Shown here one piece after another: positions 39,911-54,155 of a DNA stretch of 64,000 nucleotides (positions are counted from its first letter, which is position 1; each line of letters begins with the position of its first letter). The DNA is taken from NCBI GenBank assembly GCA_013265495.1, contig MU058781.1:12011009-12075008 (forward strand), in the 5' to 3' direction. The DNA comes from Vicugna vicugna. Its lineage: Eukaryota. The notes under the pieces are model-generated. The model was not told the DNA's origin. It ran no database searches and saw only the letters and a list, made by a program, of their open reading frames with translations. The translations under genes were made by a program, and so were the position numbers.

Positions 39911-40999
39911 TGACTTAACTATGCATGATAGTGTTTCATAGCACAGCTGCCTATATTTTATAGGGGTGCGTGTGTGTGTATTTGTTCGCAGACCTACACA
40001 CACATACACAGGTAGTAAAAATTGAGTACCGTGTCTTTTCCAGCTTCATTTATAAGTTTTGGAATAACTTTTTGCCTAATGAGATCAGGTAAAACCTATC
40101 AAATTCAATTTCAGTTTTGATGGTAAATCTCTAAATGTGTTTAACATAGGACAGGTTGCCACTGATAAGGGAATGATTGGTTTCTGCTTAGAAAGAGAAG
40201 TCTGCTTCATGAAAAAGTATCTTGTGTTATTATATTTGATCTAGAGAACGGAAAAGATGATAGGAGCCCTGCTGACAGTGCCAAGACGCTGCTTATAAGG
40301 GGAGTTTGCCACTAGGTAAATGGACAACAGTCCTTGTAAAGAGCTAGTTGAAAGATCTGGAAAGGAATTTAGGATGAAGTTACAGGGCACCCAAAATAGC
40401 AGTCTTGGCTATAGGCTCACAGGCTGAAAAAATGTCTCTGAAATATAGGTGACTAGAGTAACCTTAAGACCAGCTCTTTCTTAAGGTAACTTCTAAAGAC
40501 GGTGCCACCAGAGAAATTTCACTCTCAGAAAGTTTTCATCATTTCCAACTGCCTATTCAAGGATACCTTAAAAAAAACCTGTCTACATTTCTGTATTTAT
40601 TTGGTCTTTTTTTTTTTTCCTGAGAACACAGTAGCTACAGCTCAGAGGGATTTTTTTGTTCAACTCAGTAATAACTTTGCAACATGCTAATTACTGTTTA
40701 TAAATTAATCAGAGAGAGAATGTTGTGGATTATTTAGGAGTTTAAGCCCCTGTCTTCCTGTGCATATAATAAGGAGAGACTCTTGTGTGTCATTTTTATT
40801 GTATTTAATCATGGGTATTTTGAATACATTCTGAGCAAAGACAAAGGGGTAGAGAAAAAACTGGTTGGTCGGCATAGAGGTCACCCAGATCACTTGTTAC
40901 CTGAAAACACTTGCTTTATCTTCCATGAAGAGTGGAATATATAAAAAGGATACTTTCTTACACGTTTAAAATGAAGTCATCTTTGTTGCTTATTTACTT

Positions 41000-42480
41000 C
41001 TGACTTTAAAAAGTGAAACTTCCTCATTATGAAACATTTAAACAATATTAACGAGTATAAAAAGATGAAAGTAAAAATTACTTGGAATCCCAGAGATAGC
41101 ATCATTCTTAGTATTTAGCGAATTTCCAGACATTCTTTTCTACACTCACAATTTTACATATATGTGATCATGCTATACATAGCTCTTTTATATTTGGTAC
41201 AATGTCATGAATTCAATTCTAGATCAGTGAGTAATTGTCATTTTAATGGCTACATAGTATTTCATTGTATAGATGTATCAGCGTGTTGGAAAGCTCAGTC
41301 TTCCTATGCGTCTCTCTCTTACTTTCATATAGAACTCCTCACTTCTGACACTTCTGGTGATCAGATGTGAGGGGATTTCCCCCGCTCAGCTGGGTCTCCT
41401 ACAATATAACTCAGTTCAGACACTGTCTACCTGGAGGTAGTGTCACATCCCACAGGGGAAGGGCTCAGTCTCACAAGATGGCCCCCACACCACTTCAGAT
41501 GCCAGCTGGGAGTCCAGGTTGTCACGTGTGCTTCTGACCAGTCAGGGATAAATGTGAGGTTCAGATTCAAATAACTTCCTAGAGTGGCTCCCAGAACTCA
41601 GGGAGAACCTTATTTATGTTTATCAGTTTATGAAAGGATCTGATAAAAGATACAGATGAACAGCCAGATGGAAGAAATGCTCAGAGCAAGGTGTATGGGA
41701 AGGGTCTCGGGGCTTCTGTGCTCTCTTAGGGTGCACCACTCTCCTAGCACGTCCATGTGTTCACCAACCCAGAAGCTCTCTGAACCCATGCTTTTAGGAT
41801 TTTATGGAGGCTTCATCATGTGTGCATGATCAGTCATTAACTCCATTTTCAGCCCTCCTCAGGAGAGTAGGGGGTAGGGCCAAAAATTCCTAACGTCTAA
41901 CTGTGGCTTAGTCTTTCCAGGGGCCAGCCCTCATCCAGGAGCCCAACCAGAGTTACCTCAATATTACAAAATACACTCCTAACACCCAGGACATTACAAG
42001 GGTTCAGGAGCCCTGGGTCAGGAACTAGCGTCAGAGAACAAATATTAGAACAAAAGATGCTCCTAGTGTTCTTATCATTTAGGGAAATACAAGGGTTTCA
42101 GGAGCTCTGTGCCAGGAACCAAGGGCAGAGACCAAAATATATTTTCTATTATCTCACAGCCAGCATAATTTATATTCTAATTTCTGATTAATTCTTTTAG
42201 AGTAAATGCCTGTAACTGATCCATTCCTAGGTCAAAGGGTACATGAGTTTTATACTTTCACACGTGTTTGCACACTGTTCTCCAGTAGTGTACCCAATTG
42301 CTTGTTTTGCTACACCCTCACTAATATGAAATATATTCACCTTGTAATATTTGTGAGTGTAATGGGTTAAAAAAAAACTCCTTTTGTCTTTTGGATTTCT
42401 TTAATAACCAGTGATGCATCAAGTAATTTTATTATCCATTTGTATTTCTTCTTTTGTAAATTACACATTTGTATCTATGG
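41000..42480 (-). mobile_element. Decayed L1M 3' fragment split by an LTR insertion
   Basis: ttttaatggctacatagtatttcattgtatagatgtatc before the LTR; tcctaggtcaaagggtacatg...tttctttaataaccagtgatg after it. Confidence 0.55.
41284..42158 (-). mobile_element. MER21-like solo LTR (endogenous retrovirus)
   Basis: TG...CA ends; minus strand starts TGTGAGATAATAGAAAATATATTTTGGTCTCTGCCCTTGGTTCCTGGCACAGAGCTCCTGAAACCCTTG as in the recalled MER21 consensus. Confidence 0.8.
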
Positions 42481-44489
42481 TCTAATTTTTCCCTTTAAAC
42501 TCTTTGTAAGAACTCCTTATATACCAAAAACAAGCTGGCATTTAAATCAGCATGAAACATTGCAGCAGGACTTCTCTGTCAAACAGCTTCCTACGGATAC
42601 TTGTTTCAACTGGTCTAAACCACAAGTTACACAGCCTTCATACCTCTGGTCCATTTCCTTCCCAGCGCACCAGGTGGTTGGAAATGGCTCTTGCCTGTTA
42701 TCGGGCGGAAGTAGAAGGCAGAGGTCTGTAGTAATAGGCATTTGACTTCTTAAAAGCCTGAAATAATATAAATATATTTAGGACCCAAAATACTTTTCTG
42801 TAAATAGACATTCCCCACATTTTTTGAGTCTGACCTTTCTGGCCCCTTGTCATTGTCACCAGTGTTCTCCATTCATCACAGCTTCCTTATTTCCAAGCGT
42901 CATGGCCTGCTTTTCTCTCATTCTCACTATCTTGGATCCCAAGTGCCCTACTTTTTCTGTCTCCAACTCCTTTAGTTTTCTTTACTCTGATCCTTTTGAG
43001 TTGCAAGTTCCTTTCCCTTTGGGGATGTCTGGCATGAATCACAGCAAATCCTCAATCACAACTTCTAAATTAAATGTTACTTATTAATCTCCCTTTAACT
43101 GGGCTCACATTTAGCTTTTGATACTTTCAACAGATGACAGGCAGTCACTTCTTTTCCCTTTCCTTCCAGGTTACCTGACAAGTGAACATCATTTTATGAT
43201 TTAAAAAAAAATCCTCATTTGTCTATTTATATAGCCCTCCAGCACCCTGATTTTCTTAAAACTATGTAGGAACAAAAATATTTTTACTACAATCAATATT
43301 CAGTTTCTTATTAAGCTACTGTGGTCTTTATTTATTTCACTACTAGTATTAAATTTCTCTGGTTAAAATAGTCCTTTCTCTATTTCCCAAATTCCCTAAA
43401 ATTAACATGTTATATTAGTAGAGGCTAAAGTGGAGGGATTAATTTGTAAAAATAAGTTTTTATGATAATGAATTAAAAAAAAAAGAGGGGGGACTAGCAG
43501 GCCTGGATTTGTGTCCTGTGTTTGCTACCTGCTAACAGTTTGCTCCAAGCAAGTCACCTAATTTTGGGGGGACTAAGCCGCCTTGTGCAGGATCATCTTG
43601 GTCTCATGATGATTGGGAGGATTATATTCCTTAATATTTTATCATCCTCTATCATGGCCAGCAGTACATATTTTGAATATTGGATGAGAATAAGTTCAAA
43701 TGGCTCTTTGAGCTTTCTTTCAAAAAATAACTAGTTCAGAAAAGCAAAAGAAGTGGCCAGAAGAGCCAGCCTTCTTAGCAAACTCCCCGGAGGAGAAGAA
43801 AGCAGAAAGTTTGGAGAAATTCCTTCTTTGAAAAGCTGTGATATTTTCTCTGGACTGGCCTCTTTGGGGGTATTTTAAAATGACAACTCCCCTACTGTCT
43901 TCCCTTTTTTGATCCTAACTTTTATTGCTGGAGTAATCATAGATGAATAAGTAGCATCTGAATGTTTTAACATAAGGAAACTTTGGTTTTTCCCTTCTGC
44001 ACTTAAATTTTAGAGTGCTTGTTTTGGCCTTGAAAATTCTTCATTTCCCTCAGGGCTTCACCTGTGAAATTCTTCACTGGTAAATATCAGGCTTGTTAGG
44101 AAATGTGGCCTGAGGTGGCATTTTGGCAAGTATTAACTCAGTCTGCTTGCAAAGTTCCCTGAGTTTTCTTATTTTTCCATACTTTATATTTTTCAAAGCA
44201 AAAGAAAGATCTCAGAGCACTTGAGTGTGGAAGTTGTATTTGTTTGTAATGAATTACAGCTAGTCATTTGCTCAAGAAAATGTGAGTGTAGCTGCCATGT
44301 AAGGATATTAACCCAATTTATTTTACAAATATTGTAGAGGTTTTCTAAGTACCATTAGTTATTTTTACAGTTAAGAAACAGACCCTCATAACTCTCCTTG
44401 GGGAGATACATGCAAAATGAAATCTGATTATCCCATTTCAAGTCCAGGGCCTGCTCAGTTCACATAGTCTGAAGGTAATACACATAGAC

Positions 44490-45230
44490 TAACAAAATGG
44501 AGATATGTAAGAAGAGTTAAGAAACATTTGGTAGAGTGAGAAAAATTAACATAAGCCTAAATTAGATTTCCAGAAGGAAAGAAAAGAGAGAACAGGAGAA
44601 GGTAACAGTTGAAGAGATGGTAGCTGAGAATTTCAGGGATTGATGAAAGACCAGAATTTTCTGATTCAAAAAGTCCAGCAAAACCCATGCAGGAAAGATA
44701 GAAGCAAATCCTGTCTTGAACCATCATAATGAGAAGTGGAAAATACAGAAGAAGAAAAGATCTTAAAAGGAGCCAGAGGAGGAAAAAGTCATATTACTTC
44801 AAAAAGACCAAAATAAATAGGAATAAATTGAAAAAAAAAAGATTTATAACATTCAATAAAAAAAAAACTATAAAATTTGAATGCCATTAAAGAAAATCTA
44901 AAACAAAGTGAAATATGTGTCATGTTTATGGGTAGAAGAGTCAGTCTCACTCTTTGGTTGTCAGTTTTTTCCAAACTGATCTATTACTGGATACATTTTA
45001 ATAAAAATTCCAACAGGTTTTTAACAGAACTAGACAAAGCTAATTCTAAATATGGGAAAGCAGTATTCAAGGATAGGTCAGCCACTTACGAAGGACGAGA
45101 AGGCTGGCTGTCTTGCTCTACCACATATAAAGACTTATAACTAGGACAGTATGCAGAGGTAGACAAACCAATGTGACAGAGAGAGAGATCCCAGAAATGG
45201 AGCCCTGCATATATGCAAATTTTAGTAATG
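44490..45230 (+). mobile_element. Decayed L1M fragments (ORF1 end joined to ORF2 pieces)
   Basis: gatcttaaaaggagccagagga (ORF1), then KENLKQSEICVMFMGRRV...FLTELDK (ORF2-like; track ORF 44877..45140). Confidence 0.65.
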
Positions 45231-46049
45231 CCACCTTCAGGGAGGTAGCTTTGAAGGTCAGTAGAGGAAGGATGGACTGACTGTTGAGTTCCCACACTCA
45301 GTAAGTCCCTGAGCTTGTAGTACTATTTATATGTTTCCTAGAGATTGTTCCAGAAACTATGCTATGCCCTGGGGATGTGGGGAATGCAGAGACCAGCAGA
45401 GGTTATTCACTTAATGCTACTCACTTACTTAACATTCCACGGAAATTTCATGTCAGGGTCTACATCGGAAGCCAGGTCTCCTCCTTTTAGTCCTGGAGTT
45501 CATTCTAACTGAATCAACTCCGTCATTCAGGGAGCCCTTTCAGAAAGTCACGGATATGTTGATGAACATGACGGAATTCAAAAAGCATATTGCTACCTGA
45601 GGTCGTTCTTCTCAGCAGTGCTGCGCTGCTACTCCATCTGGAACGGAATGTGTTTATTTTAATGCCAAAGAGGAAAATGATTTGTCTTAAACTGACTCAT
45701 TTGGCATTGCTTGCAGCTTTCTTGGAACAATGTACAAAATCAGTGATTAGTCAGAGTTCTAATAGCGACAGAACACCGTCAAGGTATGAGTGGCTTTTGG
45801 ACACTTCTCAAGTGGCTGCCTCCCACCTCTCCTTGCCTGTTTTTCACGAGATCGTTATAAACATCCTGCTGCTCTACTGCTCATCCTGCAGCGTAATGAG
45901 AGGTTTTACAGTGGGATTGTGCTTTGCATGTGAATATGTGAGCAGAGAGACCAGTGTACTAGTCTTTCCATAATGATGCTCCATTAATCCTATTCATACT
46001 GGAATAGTAACGGGATCAAGCCTGGCTTTCAAAAGCTGGTAACTTTATC

Positions 46050-46430
46050 TCTGATATACTGAGCTTTTATTGTATGCTGGACTCAATACTGAACACTTTA
46101 CATATATCATTTAATCTTCAATAATACTATGAGGCAAGAACTTTTTTATTTGCCATTTTATAGATGAGGAAAATAAAATTGAGAGATGAGTAACTTAGCC
46201 CAGCATCACTCAGCTAGGATTCAAATTTAGGTCTGACGCTAACGTGAAAGTCCTTTCCGCACTTACTGGCTGTATCATCCATCTCAGGCAAATCGTTTAA
46301 TTTCCCTTAGCTCCCATTCGTCAACTATAAAATAATGATCCCATGAAGAGCTGCTCTACTCATCCTCACAGATGTTGGAAGGAGAAAATGTGCAGAAACA
46401 TTTTTAAAGCTCCGAGGTGCTTATAAGTGT
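46050..46430. mobile_element. MIR fragments
   Basis: catttaatcttcaataatactatgagg...ccattttatagatgaggaaaataaaattgagaga. Confidence 0.65.
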
Positions 46431-46891
46431 GTTTGACTGTTTTTATTCATGTTTATAAAATACTCTGTAAATATTTTTGTCTCTCATTATTCATGTTTTT
46501 TAAATTATTCTTATAACAATGATAATTTTACCTAAAATTAAAGCTCTTCTTCTGAAAGAAGAAAACTGGCAGTAGTTACTATGGTTCGCTTGCACTGCTC
46601 TTTTGATAGAGCTATTGAATGGTTCACCGTGATTTGAGGTTTCTGTGATTTGTGAAATGGCACAAGAGTTCAAATCTGATATATTTTCTGGAGCTATCTG
46701 TCACTTTCTTTGTTGACACCAGGAGGACAATCTGGTATGGTAAATTGGTATAGATGTGTCTTTCTAAATCTTACCACGAATGCCTCTGCATTCAGTACAG
46801 TGAGTATGCCGTAACACTTGGGATGCCAGCATGAAGCTGGGGTGGACCTGCCAGTTGTCTGATTTAAAGTGATGACTTGGATCCATAATAA

Positions 46892-47290
<399 letters not shown>

Positions 47291-49199
47291 TGAGGCAGCT
47301 GCGAAGAGTGTAACTGTTGGTTTTATTCGAATCTAACGTGTGGAGGCTTGTCTAAGGGGCAGCCACGGTATGTAAATATAGCTGTGTATGAATGCATAGG
47401 TCTAATACATTTCCAAGATAAGATGACCAGATATATGCCTGTGTTACTGAGGCACATAGTTATCTGCTCTTTTTAAGAGTGTTTTTTTTGGGGGGGGCAC
47501 ATGTGTGTAATTCCACCCCTCCTTTTTTTTTCTTGCTTCTGAAGCTTATCTTTCACCTTTATAAAGCACTAACAAATTATATATCTGCTAACTCCATACC
47601 TGGCATTTTAGAATGCGTTGTACTGAGCACTGAGAGAATGAAAATATATATAGATGCAGGCTAAGTAGACTCTTTTCCTTTAAAAATTTTGCAAATTAGA
47701 AGTTCAATCAGTAAGGAAGGAAAGCATCCAGTAACAAAATGATAGACCAGTCTTGAGACATTAGAAAATAATTGCATTTTTAAGATTTTTTTTTTTTTGG
47801 TGCTATAATTTGAAATAGATTAACTACCCCTCCCCCCCTCAGAGGTGGGGTGTAGAATGCGGAAGAGAAGCAAAGCACTGACTGTATAGTTTTATGAGGA
47901 AGCTGAACCCCCAAACACACCTAAAAGAATTAGAGGAAGTGCTTGTTAACATCGGATTCCCAGGCCTCGCTGGAGGTTTGGGATGGGACATGGTTATCTG
48001 TAATTTTAATAAGAGACACAGGGGAGTCTTATCAGTGGACGCCTCTGGGGAGAAATAAAGTATTAGATAAACCAAATAGCTTCAGAGGCAAGAATTAAAG
48101 AAACAGTCTTTATCTTTAGCCCAAGAAAGCTTTTACTGTAGGCATCAGGGTTAATGCTTCCCTTCTGTCTTGCCACTGGAAATCTTCCTAAGCAGAGAGA
48201 TCTCCAAACAATTGCCTTTGGGTTAGAAAGGTTTTCCCCTGTTACACAAAGATACTTTCAACTTTAGCTATAGGATTCAAAAATCTTATTTTGATAACTC
48301 CTTTCTCCGCTCTCAAATTGTTAAAATTGTTGACTTAAAAGTAGGCTGAACTTCGGAGACAGGGTTGGAAGGTGGGGATACGTCTCACCAGCATGTTTAC
48401 CTTTAAATATGTCGTGTATTTATGCACATTTGTGCATGTGTGCATTTAGGTAGAGTTATTTAGACTGAAGACACACACACATGGAAGTTGAGTTCTTGGA
48501 AACAGCAAAGAGCTAAAATGCTAACCAAAAAGCGGCCCTTTGACTGAAACCTTAGTGGCTGAGTCATTTTTTAGTGAACCCTACAAGGTACTTCTTGTTG
48601 TCTGGGCATCTTTTTAAGGTCAAGCAAGGGGTACTAAAACTGAACACTTTGATAACTTGTGTTCATAAAAGGCAAGAGAACAGTGACTTCGTAATTATTC
48701 AAAGTCTGATGGCTAGTCAAAGCAGAAGTGGTTCAGTATGACACCGTCTGATTGGTAAAAAGTTTTTTAAAAGGTGAGGGATATGCATGTTGAAGGAATA
48801 ACCAAGATTTCACAACCAGGCTAGACTTTCTTAATTTACTCCAGCCCAGGTTTGTTTTCCTCTATGTCAATGGATGAATTGTTCCTCACCACATGGTACA
48901 CATGGTTCCCATTAAGTTTGTCTTTATCCAGATGTGTTTCATTTTTACCACTAAATCTTGAGTTTTGAAATTGCGGAGGCAGGTTGAAATGGGTAAAGAA
49001 AGTCTATTACCTGTGTGTTTATGGCAGTGTTTAAGGGTTTTTTTTTTTTGGAAATCCTCAGCCCGGTTTGCACGTTCCTGTATTCTATTTTCAAAGACAG
49101 AAACAAAATCACAGTTGACCTTTATCAACATAACATCAACGGTGGGTGCTTTTTTTTTCCCCTCTTGTACAAATGAAAATGCTACTCTTTCCCTTTTGA

Positions 49200-49418
<219 letters not shown>

Positions 49419-49615
49419 TAAAATCCTACTACTCCGTTGCCTTCTTCATTGCTTCCAGTTGTTCTAGAATATGTTAGAAATTCTCCAGAGGGAGTGACAG
49501 GGAGAAAGCAGAAGTCAGTGTCCAGAATTGTTGTCCACTTACAATGCAGGTCCAAAATTTTAATAGGAGATGATATTAGGACTGAGGTCTGAAATGGATT
49601 TTTTTTTTAATATTA

Positions 49616-49815
49616 CAAGTGACCCTTGAACAAGGTGGGGGGCCAGGGGCAGGGACCCTCCCTGCAGTTGAAAAGCCACGTGTAACTTAGAATTGGCTCT
49701 CCCCATCTGAGGATTCAGCTCAGCTGGATCGTGTGGTGCTGCAGTATTTACTATTGAAAAAGATTCTCGTCCACATGGGCCCGCACAGTTCAAACCCATG
49801 TTCAAGACTCCGCTA
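49616..49815 (-). mobile_element. Tigger2a-like MITE
   Basis: TA|CAAGTGACCCTTGAACAA...CAGTTCAAACCCATGTTCAAG; homologous to 28096 and 63142. Confidence 0.8.
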
Positions 49816-50409
49816 TATTTAATTTATCTGTGCTCATTTTGTTGTTCTCTGATATGATTATTTGATGATGGAGTATTCTTACAAATATGGGGGAAATGAA
49901 AGGTTTGGAGTCCAAAGAAAGTACAGGAGTAAAATGAACATATTGTGATTGATAGCCGTTGAGTGTTCAACCAGGCCTCTGGGATATAACCGAGGTGAAA
50001 AAAAAATGTTCTTCATCTAAAGACTGGTTCTACATCGAGATAGAAAACTTTATATCCAATATCAGTGCTTATGAAAAATATATCAAAAACTTCATGCTTC
50101 TAGAACTTCAGGAATTCCTCTGAGGCACAACAGATTAAGGTTTTACAACCGGCTATATCTTATGTCTCAGAAATGTTAGCAATATGATGCAGTAGGAATC
50201 TCCCAAACGAGTTAGGCAGCTTAACTGTGTAGGCTGGACATAGCCAGTTTTACAGCCTTGAATTGTTGGGGGAGACTAGAGAACACCAAAACAGGAGGAA
50301 GAGCAAACAGCTTCTTCTGAGGAGGCAGACAAAAGAGTATTTGGAGAAATTCATTTGAGAAAAATGTAGGACTCTTCTCTCAAATCTAAAAGAAAAAGTA
50401 GACATCTCT

Positions 50410-50656
50410 AGCGCTGGTCCTCAAAGTATTGCCCATGGACTGGAGCTGGCTTCACTGATGAATGGTTACTAGTCCATGGGAAGGTAAATGTAGAAACTAA
50501 GTGGGACTGTGGAGAAAATTCTAGAAAAATTTGACATCGCAATAATATTCAAACACATAAAATTTTTTTCATTTCTACATTTTATCAATATATTGGTTTG
50601 TGGCAAATTGGAATTATAAAAAACTGGTTCATCACCACAGAGATTTTAAGAAGCAC
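50410..50656. mobile_element. hAT-Charlie-like MITE
   Basis: agcgctggtcctcaaagt...actggttcatcaccacagagattttaagaagcac; resembles 12039-12336 reversed. Confidence 0.45.
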
Positions 50657-52048
50657 AAAACACAAGTTTGTAGTTCATGGCATAATAAAGAGCTACATCC
50701 TTGTTTAGAGGTCATAATTCAAACTTTTTTCTTAATAAGCAGAAACAAACTCAATAAAGCATCCTTTGTAGAAACAGTTTATTGTTGACCCACAGCCCCA
50801 GGGGCTGCCTCAGGATGCCTACTTGATGACACAGATACTGGATATTGTGCCAATATGACTGCATGTGGGAACTACACTGAAAGTTTGAATTTTTTCACTT
50901 TTTTTTTTTCTGCATTTGTCCTTCTTGGAAGAATCTGGTAACTCAGAGTATTGACATTTTCTTTTTATAAGTCCTTCATGGATATAAAAGAATTGTGTGA
51001 ACTCACTTTTGTTTTCAATTTCTTATTGTTGATTTGGTAAGAGGAGAGCTTAACTGCTGTGTGAAAGAAATAGTATTTTCAAAATGAAACACTGTTTTCA
51101 GATACATTCCCATAACATGAATGTTTTCTCCAACTTAAGGTTAGAGATGTTCCCAAAGGTTCCGTGAAATTGTCAGCTGGTTCTCATCATTTCAGAGTTC
51201 CTGCTGATGGATCAACTCAGTACTAGAGCTTGTTAATTTCAGCCCAGTTTATTCTATCTCTTGCCATTTAATTTTTTAAGTTTACCTAAAGGATAACACT
51301 GGTAATTAATAAGCCATGTAAAATATGATATTTGTTATCTGAAAACAATAAAACAGTTAAATTAAAATTTTGTTAGCAATTTTGTTCCTTTCAGCCCTTT
51401 AAAAATAATAAAGGTTAGAGTAATTTTATTTCCCCTCATTAGATACTTTTGAGCACTAGATACAGAAAGAAATGAAGAGGAAATGTGAAGTAAAATTAAC
51501 AAAAAGAACACTTACTTTCTTCTATACTAAATGGTCTCCTTTTTTACCTTGTGTAGTTACTTTTCTAGTTTAAATTTCCCTTATATTTCCGCCAGTAATG
51601 TTGGTGGCAACAACATCAGACTTCACTTACTTGTGAATTTACTCTTATCATGAGAGCAAATTGACTTGAACTGAATCTTTGTCCTAGTAACACTGTATAA
51701 ATGAAGTGGCTTCTCGGTATAGAAGGTTGTAATGCCTCCTGATGGATATAATTTTGTGATTATATTTAAGATTCAAAGTTGAAAAAAATCACAGCAGATT
51801 CCTGAAAATGTTAATAGTCTTCTGGAGAAGAAAAATACATGCCTACTTTGTGCACATTTGCATGAACATGGCAAGGATTTATGAATTACCTATTTTTCAA
51901 AAAATAAAGTACCGAAGGTTGTTAAAAAATAGGTTTTGTAATTTCTTGTTTAAGATACTTTACCCTCCACAGAGAGATGATCAGAGAGGTAACTTACTCT
52001 AGCATAAATTTATTGTCATCCTGAACCTTGCAGACATAATCCTTCACG

Positions 52049-52062
52049 GCGCCCCCTTGTGG
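52049..52062 (-). promoter_or_regulatory. CTCF-like motif 85 nt upstream of the 150-nt exon
   Basis: Minus strand CCACAAGGGGGCGC(CG), one mismatch to CCASYAGRKGGCRS, CpGs retained in AT-rich flanks. Confidence 0.5.
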
Positions 52063-52146
52063 AAGGTATCTTCTGGATTTCAGCTGACCTGCTCTTCCCT
52101 TGCCTCTGTGCTTTCATTTCTCCTTGTATGTGTCTTGACTCTCTAG

Positions 52147-52353
<207 letters not shown>

Positions 52354-53874
52354 TAATCTCACCTTTACAAACCAGACCAGATAAAACTTCCCTGCAGAGA
52401 CAATTCTTTCAGAAGCTTATTGCTGTACAGAGTCTGTTAATGAAGCTGATAAAGCTTAACCATCAGGTTCCCACTAAGGCCCTATAACTCATTTTTTACC
52501 TAAAATTTTGTTAAACTTTTCTTAGAGTACCCCCATCACCCCCTACCCCTGGAAAAAAAAATTATGAAAATTGCAGTGAACATAAAACTTGTCCTAAAGG
52601 GTTTTCGGGTTTTTTGGTTTTAAATCTCTTGCTTGTTCCTGTTTCATTTTCTTTTCACAGTTTTTGGGTATACTATTAGATGCCTATTTCCTGTTTAGTT
52701 CATACTCTCTTTCATTAACTTGACTTGATGTGCTTTAGAAGACGGAATATGGTGCATCCATGTGGTTGTCTATCTGGCCATAGAACTTCAGTATTCAGGT
52801 TGTTGATACTTCACTTTTCTGAGGACAATTTGGTGTCAGTTCTTATTTATTATTCTAAAATTTGTATTACTAGTGTTGTTACTTCTCATTTTACCATAAA
52901 AACAGTTGTATATACCTCTGTACAATATGTTTTCATCCTCTGTATTCAGTATTTTTATGTTTTACTGAAATAGTCATTTTTAATAATTTCTTATAATCTG
53001 AAAAAGGATGCTGGTGAGACTAGGTTTGGTCTACTTATATGTCCGGATGTTTCCACATTCACTTCTGATTTTAGTAATTTTTCAGTGCAGCCATTATGAA
53101 GGAATGGTACTTGTTTTAACTTTCAAAACCAAAGGTCTGATGTGACTGGTATTATTTTTCTAGCCTGCAAGAGAGTGTAATGCTTTAGTCAGTTCCTTAT
53201 TTATAAACCATCATCTTTTAAAACCTGTGAATAAAACAGTTAAGTGCTCTCCAGATGAAACCCTATCATATACATGGAAACTAGCAAAGAAAGCATAAAA
53301 TATATCCTAGATTTCAATAGTGTTCTAGTAAAATTAAAGATAATAATTTTCAGTATAACTATAAATCTGTAGATATATTTGGTCTATGTGGAGGGAATTA
53401 TCAAGTTTTAAAGAACTTGCTTGTCCAGTATATTATAAAATGTATGTTTAATAAATATTTTAAATTTTGTTTACATTTTGAGGCAATAGACACTGTGTTA
53501 TCATAGGGTAATTATTCTGGAAAGCTCTTAGGCTAACCCTAAAAAAAAAAAAAGGAGTGATAAGTAAGAGATTGGAATTAAAAATTTAAAATTATATTCA
53601 CATTTCCTGCCAGGATTATCTGGTTGTGTGTGAGTTGGAAAGGGGTATGGGAAACATGAGTTAGTAAAATGTGTCTTGTTTATGAGTTTTGTGGTTTTGG
53701 ATGATAGAATGTTGGTTAAGAAAGACTGGCTTAGCTCCTGTAAATATGGATTTAAATTGTATAATCCTGGGTTTTTTTGTTTGATTGATTTGCTTTTTGT
53801 TACGTGAAAGAAAAAAAAAATACAGTTGTCTCCTTAAATAAAGTGGGTGGGGTGAGGGTAGAAAAAAGAAATAA

Positions 53875-54155
53875 TTTTTTAAAATTTAGTTTTTATAGAG
53901 ATATAACTAACATAGCATTGTGTTAGTTTTAGGTGTACAAGATAATGATTCAATATATGTATATATTGCAAAGTGATTACCACAGATTTAGTTCACATCA
54001 TCACCACGTAGTTATAAGTTTTTTTTCCTTGTGAGATGAGAATCTTTATGATTACTCTCTTAGCAATTTTCAAGTAGGCAATACAGTGTTGTTAACTATA
54101 GGCACCATGCTGTACTTTACATGGCCAGGACTTATTATAACTGAAAGTTTGTACT
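53875..54155 (-). mobile_element. L1MA-like 3' end
   Basis: ttaggtgtacaagataatgattc...actctcttagcaattttcaag...actataggcaccatgctgtac...taactgaaagtttgtac. Confidence 0.8.
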